Below, in pieces: positions 11,218 through 24,063 of a DNA stretch of 41,729 nucleotides. This DNA is from Octopus bimaculoides. Lineage: Eukaryota. The notes beneath the pieces were generated by a model. The model was not told the origin of the DNA. It saw only the letters and a list, made by a program, of their open reading frames with translations, and searched no databases. The stretch is from contig NC_068985.1 in assembly GCF_001194135.2 (NCBI RefSeq), forward strand, positions 20,104,759 through 20,146,487. Direction: 5' to 3'. The translations under genes and the position numbers were made by a program. Each line of letters starts with the position of its first letter. The stretch's first letter is position 1.

Positions 11218-12003
11218 TTCCCCTATTAGTTGTTAGAAGCCATGCAGATCATCTATAAAACCCTCCACTGCCTCCCGCCGCATCTCACTGTTCAAATCTC
11301 TCGTCCACTAGCCTGAAGCTGACCACACCCTCACTAGGGTTTATAGACCTGCGAGCTGCATGGTGACGCAAAAAAGTGACGCAAAAAAGTGACGCAAAAA
11401 AGCATCCAGTCCGCTCCGTAAAGTGACTGGCTTGAAGAAGGACATCTAGCTGGAGAAACCATGCCAAAAAAGACATCGGAGTAGAATGCAGTCCTAGAAC
11501 ACATCGGCCCCTGTCAAGCAGTCCAACTGATTCGAGTTTGCTTCTGCATAACCACTGTTTACTCTGTTTCAATCAACGTCAGCGCAATCCACATATCTAC
11601 ACATTCTCAGCTAGTGCCAATGTCAGCGGAAAATGAGAATCACATTTTACTGAAAGTTTTACTGAATGAATTTATTGCATGTTTTAACCAAAAAGATTTA
11701 CAGGAGAAGCAAAATAACATTTTACTGATGAAAAGAAAATCTATTGTTTAGACAAAGCTTATAGATACCAATAAATGAAGTTATGATCAAGCATACGGCT
11801 AGATGTTCTTCTTCAAGCCAGTCACTTTACAGAGTGGACTGGGTGCTTTTTAGGTCACCATGCAGCTCGCAGGTCTATAAACCCTGGTGGGGGTGTGGTC
11901 AGCTTCAGGTTAGTGGATGAGGGAATTGAGCAATGAGAAGCGGCGGGAGGCAGTGGAGGGTTTTGTAGATGATCTGCATGGCTACTCACAACTACTAGGG
12001 GAA
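11218..12003. repeat. Long inverted repeat: arms 11218-11452 and 11796-12003, ~90% identical, 343-bp spacer
   Basis: Manual block-by-block alignment: 20 substitutions over 208 aligned nt. The left arm also carries (GTGACGCAAAAAA)3 at 11363-11401. Confidence 0.9.
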
Positions 12004-12199
12004 AAGATTCGTAGCATATGAAATACGTATGTGATTGTATATACACATGTTTGACACACACGCTCACGCATACATGTATGAATGTCTGTGAGTGAGCACA
12101 CAAATGTTGACAACAGCCAGTTGAAGTAGACCCACGCAAAAATATCTTGGGAGTCTGCAGAAAAACTAAATGTTTGTTGTTCAATAGTTGACCAATATA

Positions 12200-12831
12200 A
12201 GCACCACATTAAAAAAATGTGAAAAACTCGATAAACGGGTACTATACTTACGGGCTGAATGTTTAAAAATAGTACCGTTACAAAGTCTGCTTGGACTAAA
12301 AATGGATTCTATAGACAACGAACGGTATACCACGCAGTGACTGGTCTGAGGTGAAGCATCAAAACACTTTCCCGAATCAAAGCTACCTCAAAAGAAAGTT
12401 ATGGTCTCTGATCCTGACAAACCAATCACGGCAGAGAAGTATTTGCAAGAAAGCGACAAAAGATATCAAGGGCTTCAAAGTTTACGTTTAGCTTTGGTTT
12501 ATCGAAAAGGGCCAAATCTTTTCCATGGCAATGCTTAATCGCATGTCTCACAAATAACTACAGAAATTGAACAAAGTGAATTCTGAGACTACTTCATTCA
12601 GCATACTCCTCACATTACTTTCTAACCAGCTACTATTTTGTCTAGTTCAATAAATTCCTGCAGAAGGTCTTCAACAAACACCTTTGAACTATTCATCAGT
12701 TCCAAGATTAAAAAATTTTGTTATCGCAATATATTGACTGATTTCTTCTTGGCAAGATCCTAGTGCGTATCATTTCGATTTATGGCTATTGCGTTAAATC
12801 TTATGGTTGAAAACTTGTAAGAAATCTAATA
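12200..12831 (+). pseudogene. Mariner transposase relic (Hsmar1/SETMAR-like), heavily decayed
   Basis: KLDKRV (KLDKWVPHEL-like) at ~12224, D*KWIL*DN at ~12294, then KHFPESKLPQKKVMVS, DKPITAEKYLQE and LALVYRKGPNLFHGNA (HDNA-like, 12523). TIR-like end aaatctaata at ~12831. Not in the ORF track. Confidence 0.8.
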
Positions 12832-13836
12832 GTATAATAGTACGGAATAGACAACGCCAGATCAAGTAACACCTTTGATCATGGGCTTCCTGGTAAGGAA
12901 TGACATGGAGCTAAATAAAGACAACAAAGAAGAGCACGTCAAGAGCAAGAACTACGACAATAACAATGATGACGACGACATTGTGACGCAAGATGAGTAA
13001 AGTTGTATTCAATATATATATTTTTTTCCGACGTGACACATATTTTAGCTGTTGTCTCAATATTTTACATTATCGCATGATAAAACAAACATTAAAAAAA
13101 TCAAGGAAATAAATAATCAACTAAAACTGCTATTTGAAAATAAAATGTGGGATGAAGGTTATAATTCATGTGTAGTTTACTTCAACATTTTCGCACATTC
13201 ATATTTGAATTTGAAAGTATGTTTTAAAATGGTTGCTGCATATTTCAAAACACTCCTAAACAATTGTTAACTAAGTATTATATAGAAACACCACTTGAGA
13301 GGTGATATTATGGAGAGCGTTCAAGGATCTATTATTCAGAGGTTTTGTTCAATGGTGAGAATTGTGTGTATCGTTGATGTAAGGAAAATAGGAAAAAAAT
13401 CTAGTTGACAGTCCGTCTATTGTCTTGTGGAGATTTTTATCTTTTATTTATTATCAGGAATAATAAAGAAAGAAGCAGCTGTTATCGTAGGACTGTTCTT
13501 TAGTTCACGTCGCCGGCGCACATACGTCAGCACTCAAAATAGATTTTAAAAATGTGCTGAGTGTAGGTTACTAATTCCGCATCCATGCTTGCAGTCATTT
13601 TCTAACTCATTCACCCTCATTCTTTTCACATTCTGATCTTAAGCAAAGAAAGGAGAAAAGCGATATCGTTCTCATTTAGAGAAGCACTTTTCATAGAGCA
13701 AACGCTGTTTTTTTTTTCCTTTTTTCAAAGAATAGAGTGATAGGTGGAAGGTATTCTTATCAGATGAAGTGTTAGAGAGAGAAATAGAGAAAAAAAGGGT
13801 GAGGAATAGTGAAAAGAGAGGAATATATATATGTAC

Positions 13837-13936
<100 letters not shown>

Positions 13937-14953
13937 ATTAATAGAGGAATCATAGTAATCTTTGTGTGTAAGAATAAAACTGTATTTGAATTTATAACTA
14001 ATAGTGCATTTATTAAATGAATGAATTACGTGAAGTATTTTATCTGAAGTGATCTGGCAATTAAAATTTATATAGATGGCTTGCTAACACGAAAGCCTGA
14101 GATTAAATATATATAATTAGAAATTAAATCTTATGGCTTAGAACACCAATCAAAATATTCCTTTAAATTCTATTTTACAAAAGAAGGGCAACAAATTTCA
14201 TAGAAATGATTTTTTAACGAAAGGTTTGAGGTTATTGAGTTGAAATATTTTTACATTTAGGCCCTTGATTTTCCTTTACTGTTTTCTTAAACGTAAGCAA
14301 GTCTCTTTTAAGACAAATGTCATTTATATACGTAGGAAATGTACTTGATCGTTTAGCACTAAACTTTGGTTTCTTCAAACGTCTTCTTTCACACAAAAAA
14401 AGATTATATAGTTTTAATATAAAGTATATCCCTGGAATAATTCTAAAACAGATTTATTCAGGACTGGAGCGAAAGCAAAATTCGTGTTGTTAGAGGCTGT
14501 GAGGAGCAGATATCTTCTTGGGGAATGAGAAAATACGATAGACTACAAGATAGGATAAGGCAACAAGAGTAAGACCAGAAGGAAGTGTGAAAAAGGAGGT
14601 GGAAATGAAGGATGAATGGAAGGTAGATGACAAAAAGCCATGGAGAACCAAAAGGAAAGGAAAGAAAGAATCATTCGCTCACTCCACCAAACCTAACAAA
14701 AAAAAAAGGAAAAACGAAACAGGTTTGGTCCTAGCTTTAACAGCAAATTTCATCGGCACAATGTAAAAAGGAATTTATCAGCATAATCTTCAAGTGTGTG
14801 AAATGAATTTGCATATCATTTCTGTAAATTGATTTGGTGTTGGTGGATAGATTGCTAATTGTCATGAAATGTTCGATATTTTGGAGGTGGTTTTCCTTTC
14901 TTCGGAATGAGATGTGCTTCACGAATATCTTATATTATCGCAACACAATATAA

Positions 14954-15153
14954 GGCGGCGAGCAGACAGAATCATTAGCCTGCCAGACACAATACTTAGC
15001 GGCATTTTGTCCGTCTTTACATTATGAGTCCAAATTCTGTCAACTTTGCCTTTTATCCTTTCGGGGTCGCACTCGGCTCGATTTTGTCGACTAGCCCCAT
15101 CCCACAAATAAGAAAAACAATATTGAGCCTTGTACCTATAATAGAAAGGATTA
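14954..15153 (+). mobile_element. SINE family A, decayed
   Basis: Head ggcggcgagcagacagaatcattagc; tail tgtacctataatagaaaggattatt. Confidence 0.75.
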
Positions 15154-15951
15154 TTACAACCGAGTATTAATTTTATTTCAAACTAAAGTAACACTGCCAT
15201 AAAACAACAAACAATAGCAACGTCGATTCAAATTCTGAAGCTTCAATTTCGATTTCTGATTCCGTAGATATATTTTGTCATCGACTTCCGATATTTTCCT
15301 GACTTTCATTAGAAAAGAATCAGTAATCTGTTAAATCTGCGATTACTTCAATCGCTATCGGAATATTTTCAACTTAAGAAGAAAAGTTTAATGAGATAAC
15401 CTAAAAAAAAATTCTTTTTACCATTTTGCTATCTGACTTATCATAAAACCTTTGAACAGCATGACATCATGCTCGCTTCTCAAGAGAAGTTTACCGACAG
15501 AGAAGATCCAAATCAAAGCGACCAGGTGTAAATAATATAATTTTACCCTACGATAAACTCTGAACATTAACGATCGAAAATCTCAAACTCTATTCCAGTT
15601 ACTGGTTAAAGACTTTTATCTCCAGTTTTGTTCCTTTCTTTTCTTTTTTTTTTTTTTGAGAAAGATATAATATTATAAAATTAAAGCAGCAAGAATAAGT
15701 ATTAGTTTATTTAAGCCCGTGAATGGTGTGTGATGGTGAATCGAACATGGTTTTACCTTCTATTTCTAGTTGCACCTGTATCTTCTCTATCGCTCCAAAA
15801 GTGGCCTCTTCTCCTCGGAGCCCAATGGTTTCATTTATCTCTCCTGCTTACGTCACTCTTAGTGTACCCACACAAAACACACTACCTACTAAGCCCAGTC
15901 TGTCTTCTATAGAATGTCGTCACTAAGGAATTAACTCCCTTTATCTTTCAT

Positions 15952-16184
15952 CTTTTATCTTTTACTTGTTTCAGTCATTTGACTGTGACCATTCTGGGGC
16001 ACCGCCTTGAAGAATTTTTATTCGGATGAATGGACTCCAGTACATTTTTTAAAAAATCTAGTACTTATTCTAACAAATTGCTTTGCCGAGCCGCTAAGTT
16101 ACGGGAACATAAACGCACCTGCACTTGTTGTCAAGTGGTGGTGGAGGACAAACACACACACACACACAAAGTTATGTATGTATG

Positions 16185-16215
<31 letters not shown>

Positions 16216-16810
16216 NNNNNNNNNNNNNNNNNNNNNNNNNNNNNNNNNNNNNNNNNNNNNNNNNNNNNNNNNNNNNNNNNNNNNNNNNNNNNNNNNNNNN
16301 NNNNNNNNNNNNNNNNNNNNNNNNNNNNNNNNNNNNNNNNNNNNNNNNNNNNNNNNNNNNNNNNNNNNNNNNNNNNNNNNNNNNNNNNNNNNNNNNNNNN
16401 NNNNNNNNNNNNNNNNNNNNNNNNNNNNNNNNNNNNNNNNNNNNNNNNNNNNNNNNNNNNNNNNNNNNNNNNNNNNNNNNNNNNNNNNNNNNNNNNNNNN
16501 NNNNNNNNNNNNNNNNNNNNNNNNNNNNNNNNNNNNNNNNNNNNNNNNNNNNNNNNNNNNNNNNNNNNNNNNNNNNNNNNNNNNNNNNNNNNNNNNNNNN
16601 NNNNNNNNNNNNNNNNNNNNNATATATATATATATATAGGACGGGTTTCTTACAGTTTCCGTCTACTAAATTCCTAAATTCACTCAGAAAGCTTTGGTTG
16701 GCTCGAAACTATAGCCGAAGACACTTGCCCAAGGTGCCACGTAGTAGGGCTAAACCCAGAGTTATGTGATTGGGAGGTCAGCTTCTTGCCACACAGCCAC
16801 ACCTGCGCCT
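15952..16810 (-). mobile_element. SINE family B with internal microsatellite and assembly gap
   Basis: The 3' part at 15952-16170 and the 5' part at 16638-16810 (gacacttgcccaaggtgcc..accacacagccacacctgcgcct) flank (TA)n and Ns. Confidence 0.8.
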
Positions 16811-18644
16811 CTGTACACGTTTTTCTCACAGCTATCAAATTGTAACTTTTCCAGAAAATTTTTAGCCGTGTCGATCTTAAGCGTCTGTGAAGGCCATAGG
16901 AACGTAGTCGATTCCTGACCAGGAAAAAGGTTATAGTTTAAATTTGAACTGAAAGTTGTTAGGTCATGTTAAACACCCGTGTTTTACTTCTATTTTGTAC
17001 CGAGACCAGTGTAGTGTTTCTTAAATTTATCCTTAAGAGCCAAAAGATAAATCTCATCGAGGTGGATTTGAACAATATAACTGTGAATTTCGAGCATCTT
17101 AAATTTACATCTTAAATTTATCCGTCCCTGAACGCTCATGGTTTTTTTAACCACTCACATTATGAAGCCCAACAGTTGTATCTATGAATGCCACATTTGG
17201 TTGAATCCTGATGTCAATTGTCAGTGGAAGTGTCGATATTTTAAAATGTGTAAGAATATATATTTGGCCTTACTCTAGAAGAAGTTTCCAGTAAGAATAT
17301 TGTGGACCCATTTACCGAAGATTCAAAATTTCGAATTATGTCGCAAAAATTTCCATGTTGTTAAAGCCATATGACCTCTGTGAGATATTTGTGTCTGAGG
17401 AAACTAGGGATGGTCTACATCGGTAAATAGTAAATACAAAAAGTTAGAACGAATTGAATCAGTTAACAATTGGTGCTTCTCTGATGAAGGGTTCTAACCG
17501 AAACATTAAATATCTCTTCTTCACAACATAACATTTATTCGATTTTTAAAAATCAATTCTGTTACTATTTGCCAATGTAGATTATCGATAATTCTACTGT
17601 CTTTCTAGAATAAGTTAGTTTTCTGTAAGAAAGAATATTTAGAAGAATTCTAGAATACATACACGTATAGACATTTAGGCTGTCAGATTTACACATTCAC
17701 TTTAGAATTTTTCAAAATTTATTTCGAATGCTGAAAAATGTCTTCGAAGCAAGTGTTAAGATATATTCTTACATGAAATTAAGATATTTTCTCTTCGGTA
17801 ATTTATAATCGACAATTTGTGATTTTTTATATAATTTATGATCTACATTCCGTTCTGTGTTAGCAATTGCGTAATGGCTCCTCGATAGACATATTTATCT
17901 TTCAATGGTTTAGTCTAGCAGATCTCAAACTAACAAATACTATAATCCCATTCAAAAAATATTAGTGAGATATTTCGTTCCTCTCTCTATCAAATTGGAA
18001 GACAGAATAGAGCCTGCATTGACATAATTCTTTCTTCGCCAACGTGATAGAGAAATTTAAAAAGCTTTAACGCGTTTTAATTTTTTAAAACATGGCAGTT
18101 GGACCAACTTCTTTAAATCTTCACCACTCCCTCCTTTGAAAAATATTGGCCCATTCTATCTAAATGTAAATGCAATAGGTACTCTAGTGTGGTACAGCTG
18201 GCATTTATAAAGAACAAAAGGTTTGTGTAACTGAAAACTGTTTCATAAACTTGCAGTGTTGTGTTTAAGTTCACTCACTGACAGTTTACGATAAAATGGC
18301 ATTCTGAGTAAGATGGTAATGGAAATATTTACTCAAACCTGTAATGCGGAGAGCCATTACTAAAACAGACCACCAAACAGAGCTAGATAAACTATAGCAC
18401 TTCATTTCTGTTATGAGATCTCTCAGAGATAAACCGATGTGCATAAGAATTTGTGGAGAAATATTCAGCTTAAATTATCTTCAATCAGCAGTCTCTACAT
18501 AAACAATACAGATATTTCTCGCATTAATACATCAGATATTCTATACACTAGTTATTAAATGATTGACTAGTGATAATTATAGATAAGTGTATGTAGTGAA
18601 AAAACCGAGCGCATTATTCACTCAAAAGACATATATTGATAAAT

Positions 18645-18860
18645 AATCTTTTCTACTTTAGGCACAAGGCCTGAAATTTTCGGGGAGTTGGGTTAGTCGA
18701 TTAGATCGACCCCAGTGCGTAACTGTTGCTTATTTTCATCGACTCCGAAAGGATGAAAGGCAAAATCGACCTCAGTGGAATTTGAATTCAGAACATAAAG
18801 ACGGACGAAATGCCGCTAATCATTTTTTCCGGCGTGCTAACGATTCTGCCAGCTCGCCGT
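18645..18860 (-). mobile_element. SINE family A, full length
   Basis: Complete head (gctaacgattctgccagctcgccg) and tail. Confidence 0.88.
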
Positions 18861-18883
18861 CTCATATTGATGGATAATATTAA

Positions 18884-19072
18884 TAAACCTTTCTACTCAA
18901 GGCACAAAGCCTGAGATTTTGGGGAGAGAGATGATCGATTACATCGACCCCACTACTCAGCTGGTACCTATTTTATAGATCTGGAAAGGATGAAAAGCAA
19001 AGTCGACCCTGACAGCATTTGAACTCAGAACATGAAGATAAACGAAATACCTCTAAGCATTTCGTCAGGCAT
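18884..19072 (-). mobile_element. SINE family A, adjacent tandem copy
   Basis: Homologous to 18645-18860. Confidence 0.8.
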
Positions 19073-19599
19073 CGATGAATAATAATAATAATAATTTGAA
19101 AAACCGAAGAGGGAGATTGTGATAATAAAACAACTGGAATAAACTCATACGTGGCTTAATATAGTGTATTGTAACACAATATATTATATATTAATTACGC
19201 TTGACTATACTCAAATGCCTTCTATCTTGAATAAAAGAGAAATTGCGATATCTATGTGTTTGAAATGAACGGAAATGAAATGGCTTCAAGGAAAAACTGA
19301 AATGTGGTTGTGGGTTCTGTTAGTGCTCGATAAAACTGGTAACTTATGTGCGATAGGTAGGGGTGCATTGAATCGAAGGGTCAACAATAGTTTATTAGTG
19401 ATCCTTTTATTGACTATGTGGAATTTATACTTAAAAGATAGCATTTTAAAAGGAACAAATCATAAACATTGTAAAGTATTCATCATGCTGTTCTACAGTT
19501 TCTTTAACAGACGTTTCTAAAAATCAGAGTTGTAAGCATCCAGGTGAGATTTGTGGTCTGAGATTCACTTCATTCTACTTTTCTATTACGGAAATTTTG

Positions 19600-20024
19600 T
19601 AAAGAACCATGAGTACTGTCCTTCCTGCTGATTTAACAGGGTTCAAATAACTCATTAGATTTTTACACAAATTGGTAAAGTAACTGTTTTTAGCTTCGTG
19701 ACATTCTCGTTTAACGTCTTTGTTGATCTTTTTATATTCTTCCTAATCGAACCCTTTTTTTACAAAAAGATCCTTACTTGCTACGGACATTCACAGATGC
19801 TTTTTGATTCTCTCCCCTCTCCCCCTCTCTCTCTTTCTCTTATTTTTTTGTTTTTGTAAGTGTACTTCGACTGATTCATGAATTTCATTTTTCATCATTT
19901 GCCACATATCGTCTGGACACCCCGCCTTCTTGAGTTGCGTTTCTAATCTGATGCTGATATCTAACGTGTATTCTTTATTGAGATTTTCGAGATCATATCG
20001 CAGGGGTGGAGGATTCCTTTTCAA
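19600..20024 (-). pseudogene. RTE-clade (BovB-like) LINE fragment from the endonuclease-RT linker
   Basis: PPLRYDLENLNKEYTLDISIRLE...PDDMWQMMKNEIHESVEVHLQKQKNKRK, then in a shifted frame EEYKKINKDVKRECHEAKNSYFTNLCK. This parallels the RTE/BovB pattern RYDL..IPYEY..EV.NRF...PEELW...YK.LN..F.R..R.DK..FL...C. Confidence 0.72.
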
Positions 20025-20030
20025 GTTGTC

Positions 20031-20065
<35 letters not shown>

Positions 20066-20099
20066 TAAACAGACTTAGTAGCACCGAGCGGGCTGGTAT

Positions 20100-20250
20100 T
20101 CCATGGAGAATGAAAGAATTCTCGAACGTAGATATGTGCATGTGTGTGTGTGCGAGTGTTTGTACCTGTGTTTGTCCCTCACCACAGCTTCACGACCTGT
20201 ATTTGTTTACGTCCCCGTAACTTAGCGAAAGAATAATAACCAGATAAAAG
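20100..20250 (+). mobile_element. SINE family B, central fragment
   Basis: tgtgtttgtccc..tttgtttacgtccccgtaacttagcg. Confidence 0.6.
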
Positions 20251-20577
20251 GAAAAAAGATTCTGCCAATAGACTTAACTTTTAGGGTCCTGTATTCCTAC
20301 TTTGTAACCGTCGATATAAACGTGAAAGCCTATTTTATTACATAATGTATGTACATGCACTTTTATACATGCATAAATATGCACATATGTACGTTTCATA
20401 AGTGCCTGACTGATTTTGTGTAGTTATATTTGTGCAAGTATGTATGTGCATGTGTGTGTATGTGAATATGTGTTCGTGTGGTAATATGTTTATGAATGTA
20501 TGCGTATGAGTTGCGTGAAACGATCGTACTGCATTACCTCTGGATATCCTTGTTGCTTATTTTGATTCTACATATAC

Positions 20578-20608
<31 letters not shown>

Positions 20609-20625
20609 TTCTTTCTATTATTTTT

Positions 20626-20984
20626 CATTTCTTTTACTTGTTTCAGTCATTTGACTGCGGCCGTGCTGGAGTACTGCCTTGGATTTTAAATGAACAAATC
20701 AACTCCAGGACTTATTTTTCAAGCTTAGTATTTATTGTATCGTTCTCTTTTGCCGAACCGCTAAGTTTCAGGGGCGAAAACACATTAACACTTGTCGTCA
20801 TGGGCTGATGGGGGGGGGGAAATCACAGACACAAAGATACACACACACACACACACACTCACACACACACACATACACACACGACGGGCTTCTTTCAGTT
20901 CCCGTCTACCAAATCCACTCACACGGCTTTGGTCGACCTGACGTTATAGCAGAAGGCACCTTGGGACTGAACCTGGAACCATAT
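20626..20984 (-). mobile_element. SINE family B with internal (CA)n
   Basis: Homologous to 24064-24712. Confidence 0.85.
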
Positions 20985-21102
20985 NNNNNNNNNNNNNNNN
21001 NNNNNNNNNNNNNNNNNNNNNNNNNNNNNNNNNNNNNNNNNNNNNNNNNNNNNNNNNNNNNNNNNNNNNNNNNNNNNNNNNNNNNNNNNNNNNNNNNNNN
21101 NN

Positions 21103-21440
21103 ATATATATATATATATATATATATGCGTGTGTATGTATGTGTATGCGTGGGTGTATATATCAATATATATATATATATATATATATATATCAATGTAT
21201 ATATGTATATTGATGTGAATATGTATGTATATATACATGTATGTGTGCGGGTATGGACATGTGGGTGTACATGTATATGCGTGTATGTGTGTGTTTTAGG
21301 TGTGTAAATAAGCTTGCATTTGTCTATGCGTTCTTGTGAACATGTATATGTACAAATGTATATGTGTGCATATATCCGTAAACGTGTATTTATGTGAGTG
21401 AGTGCATATATTCTCATTGACATATGCACATACGCGCATG
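21103..21440. repeat. Degenerate TA/TG low-complexity tract
   Basis: Direct reading. Confidence 0.85.
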
Positions 21441-21594
21441 AGCAAGTAAATGGGTTTGTATTAAATCTTATGCATACGTAAATGAAGGTAAAAAAGATAC
21501 TTTGTGACGTCGCTTACTTATTTTTACTAACAGTGAATGTCTTAGATTTCACCTCCGTTTCTTCGCCCCCTTAATATGTGTTTACCGTCTTGAA

Positions 21595-21810
21595 GGCGGT
21601 GAGGTGGCTGGATCGTTAGCACATTGCGCAAAATGCTTAGCGGCATTTGCTCCGTCTATACGTTTTGAGTTCAAATTCAGCTGATGTCAACTTTACGTTT
21701 AATCCTTTCGGGATCCATAAAATAAGTACCAGTCGAGTACTGGGGTCGATGTAACCGACGTACTTCCTCCCCGAAATTGCTGGCATTGTGCCAAAATTTG
21801 AAACCAATAT
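21595..21810 (+). mobile_element. SINE family A, tail type 2 (tgtgccaaaatttgaaaccaatat)
   Basis: A-box and B-box present (GAGTTCAAATTC); body homologous to 2588-2803. Confidence 0.85.
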
Positions 21811-21859
21811 GTGTATACGCTTTCTTTAAATTATCTCTTTATATATGTTTACGTAAGAC

Positions 21860-22231
21860 TATTTGAGTGTACAGACATACAAAAATACACACATACTAAC
21901 ACACATACACACATATATATGTATATGTATGTATGTCCATATACATGCTTATGTATGGACAAGAGTTTATAAATATATATATTTATGTACGCATCCTTTT
22001 TTGTATGTATACAGAAATTTGTATGTATACAGAATATATTTATGTTTATGTGTTTGTATGTGTATGCACATGTATATGCTCCCATACGTTGATGCTTGGG
22101 TGTTCTATAGTCTATACATACATACATACATACATACATACATGCATAATACATACATACATACATAAGTGCATACACACACACGCACACACACATATAT
22201 ATACCTATACACATACATGTATGTATATATG

Positions 22232-22272
<41 letters not shown>

Positions 22273-22330
22273 AGTACACACACATATATATATCCATATA
22301 CATACATAAATATATTTATATATACTTAAC
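21860..22330. repeat. Degenerate CA/TA/TG low-complexity tract
   Basis: Direct reading. Confidence 0.85.
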
Positions 22331-23305
22331 AAAATGTCTCCTTTCTAAACTATTTTTATAACTTTATCATAGATTTATAACACTTTTGTAATCTTATTTT
22401 AAGTGAAATATGCAAACCTTTATTATTTAACTGCAGCTTTGATTTACTCATATATTTTGTTTATAACCTAGTTTTTCATTCCAGTTAAATATTTTTTATA
22501 TTGACTTTATATGCCTAAAGCGCGGACATTCACACATGAGTTAGCTATCAATTTCCAAAAAAAAAAGAAAAAAAGAAAAAGTCTGAACTCCAGTCGACTG
22601 TTATAAGGGATTATTCCATGTAATGCAGCTGTCTAAAACAAATGTTATTTACACCGAACTGTACGTGAAGATCTGAGTCATTTACTTATTATTTTCTGGT
22701 GTTATCTCCTATAAAAGGTTACATTACACACATCAGTAACTTACCATTATGCATCTGAGTGTTTGAAAAGGTTACACGATTGTTTGTCGCATAAAAAGTA
22801 ATAATTCACAAAAATACCACTAAGCGTTAGAATTATAATCTCTCCATACAGATGACTACTTAAAACTGACTACCTTAAGCAAAGTGATTTAGGTAATGCC
22901 GAATCGAATTTTAAATTCCGTATATCTGTAGTCATTTCAATATGTCTGCATTTAAAATGTTTATAGGAATTCAAAACAGATATTTCGTTAATACACTCCT
23001 CCAATGGAATGCTTGCACGTTACATTCATTAATTTATTTACTTCTTTTTGTTTTTTTTTTATCCAAATATCTTTTTTGAACTTTCACTTTATTATTTGCT
23101 CTATAAATTTTACTTGAAAATTAATTTGTATCTTATATTTAGATATTTTGTTTTGAAGATATTTTAATGTACTTGAACAAACCAAGGGCTTTTCTAACGT
23201 TCGTGTAGGTGTTAGAAATAGGATTATGTATAATTCTGTCAAAATAAGCCTGTATATTCTAGATTTCATCACTTAACTCAGCTTCACATTTGTCTTAACA
23301 TTTTT

Positions 23306-23565
23306 AGGCATGGCTGTGTGATTTAAAAGTTCGCCATGCAGCCACAAGGTTTTGGGTTCAGTTCTACAGTACGGCACCTTGGGCAAGTGTTTTCTACTCT
23401 TGACCCGGGCCGACTAGTACCTTGTGAGTGAATCTGTAACTGCATGGAAGTCCGTATCGCGCGCGTGTGTGTGTGTGTCTTTATGCCTGTGTTTGTCACG
23501 CTTGAGAACGATGTTGGTTTGTTTACGTCTGCGTAAATTAGTGGAATATGTACCGGACTTAAAAA
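23306..23565 (+). mobile_element. SINE family B, older copy
   Basis: ggctgtgtg..gggttcagttc..ggcaccttgggcaagtgttttct. Confidence 0.75.
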
Positions 23566-23593
23566 GGCAAAAAAAAAAGAAGAAAAAAACAAA

Positions 23594-23716
23594 CGTGGGA
23601 TGTATGAAAAGTCTTGAGCCTCAAAAAACAAAACATGGTACCAGACTTCTGATGAAGGTATAAGACTTCAAGGTTCAAAGGCCTTGAAGGCTCGAAACTT
23701 TTCATATACCCCCTCG
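23594..23716. mobile_element. ~123-bp mariner-type MITE
   Basis: The left end cgtgggatgtatgaaaagtcttgagcct matches the reverse complement of the right end (cgagggggtatatgaaaagtttcgagcct) at about 23 of 29 positions. TA follows the right end. A (TA)CGAGGG start is typical of mariner TIRs. Confidence 0.6.
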
Positions 23717-24063
23717 TAAGTACTAGAGCCGATTTTTGACTAAAATTCAAGAGATGCCCCATCCTCATGCCAGAAGCCTAATTAACGGAAATTAGTAAAA
23801 GATAAAAGAGCATACTTAATTTTCATTGAGTACTGTTTTTCTCTTTCGTTAAATTTTTTATATCTGAGTAAACTTTTAATTGGTAAAAAATTTTGACCTT
23901 GTTTTTCACATTTTCAAAAGCCAAATATCCTTTAGCTCTTAGTTTATTAAATATGTACTTGTATTAGTAACTGAAATTGTGTAGCAGACGATGTCTAGTT
24001 TTTTTTTTTTCTGCTACACGTTGTTAAATATTTTGACAATAATAATGAATTGATATAAGCGTA

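Noticed and set aside
11363-11401. Regular short direct repeats as a possible CRISPR array
   Set aside because: No spacers, eukaryotic context; simple tandem triplication.
15723-15926. Ser/Pro-rich 67-aa ORF
   Set aside because: No recognisable motif or splice context; overlapping equally poor ORFs.
16960-17300. Possible decayed GIY-YIG/PLE coding on the minus strand
   Set aside because: Similarity is too fragmentary to support by eye; needs tBLASTn.
23649-23698. CTGATGA...CTCGAAAC with an 8-bp internal hairpin, hammerhead-like
   Set aside because: The GAAAC belongs to the MITE TIR, there is no GUH triplet or stem I, and stem II does not close on the core.
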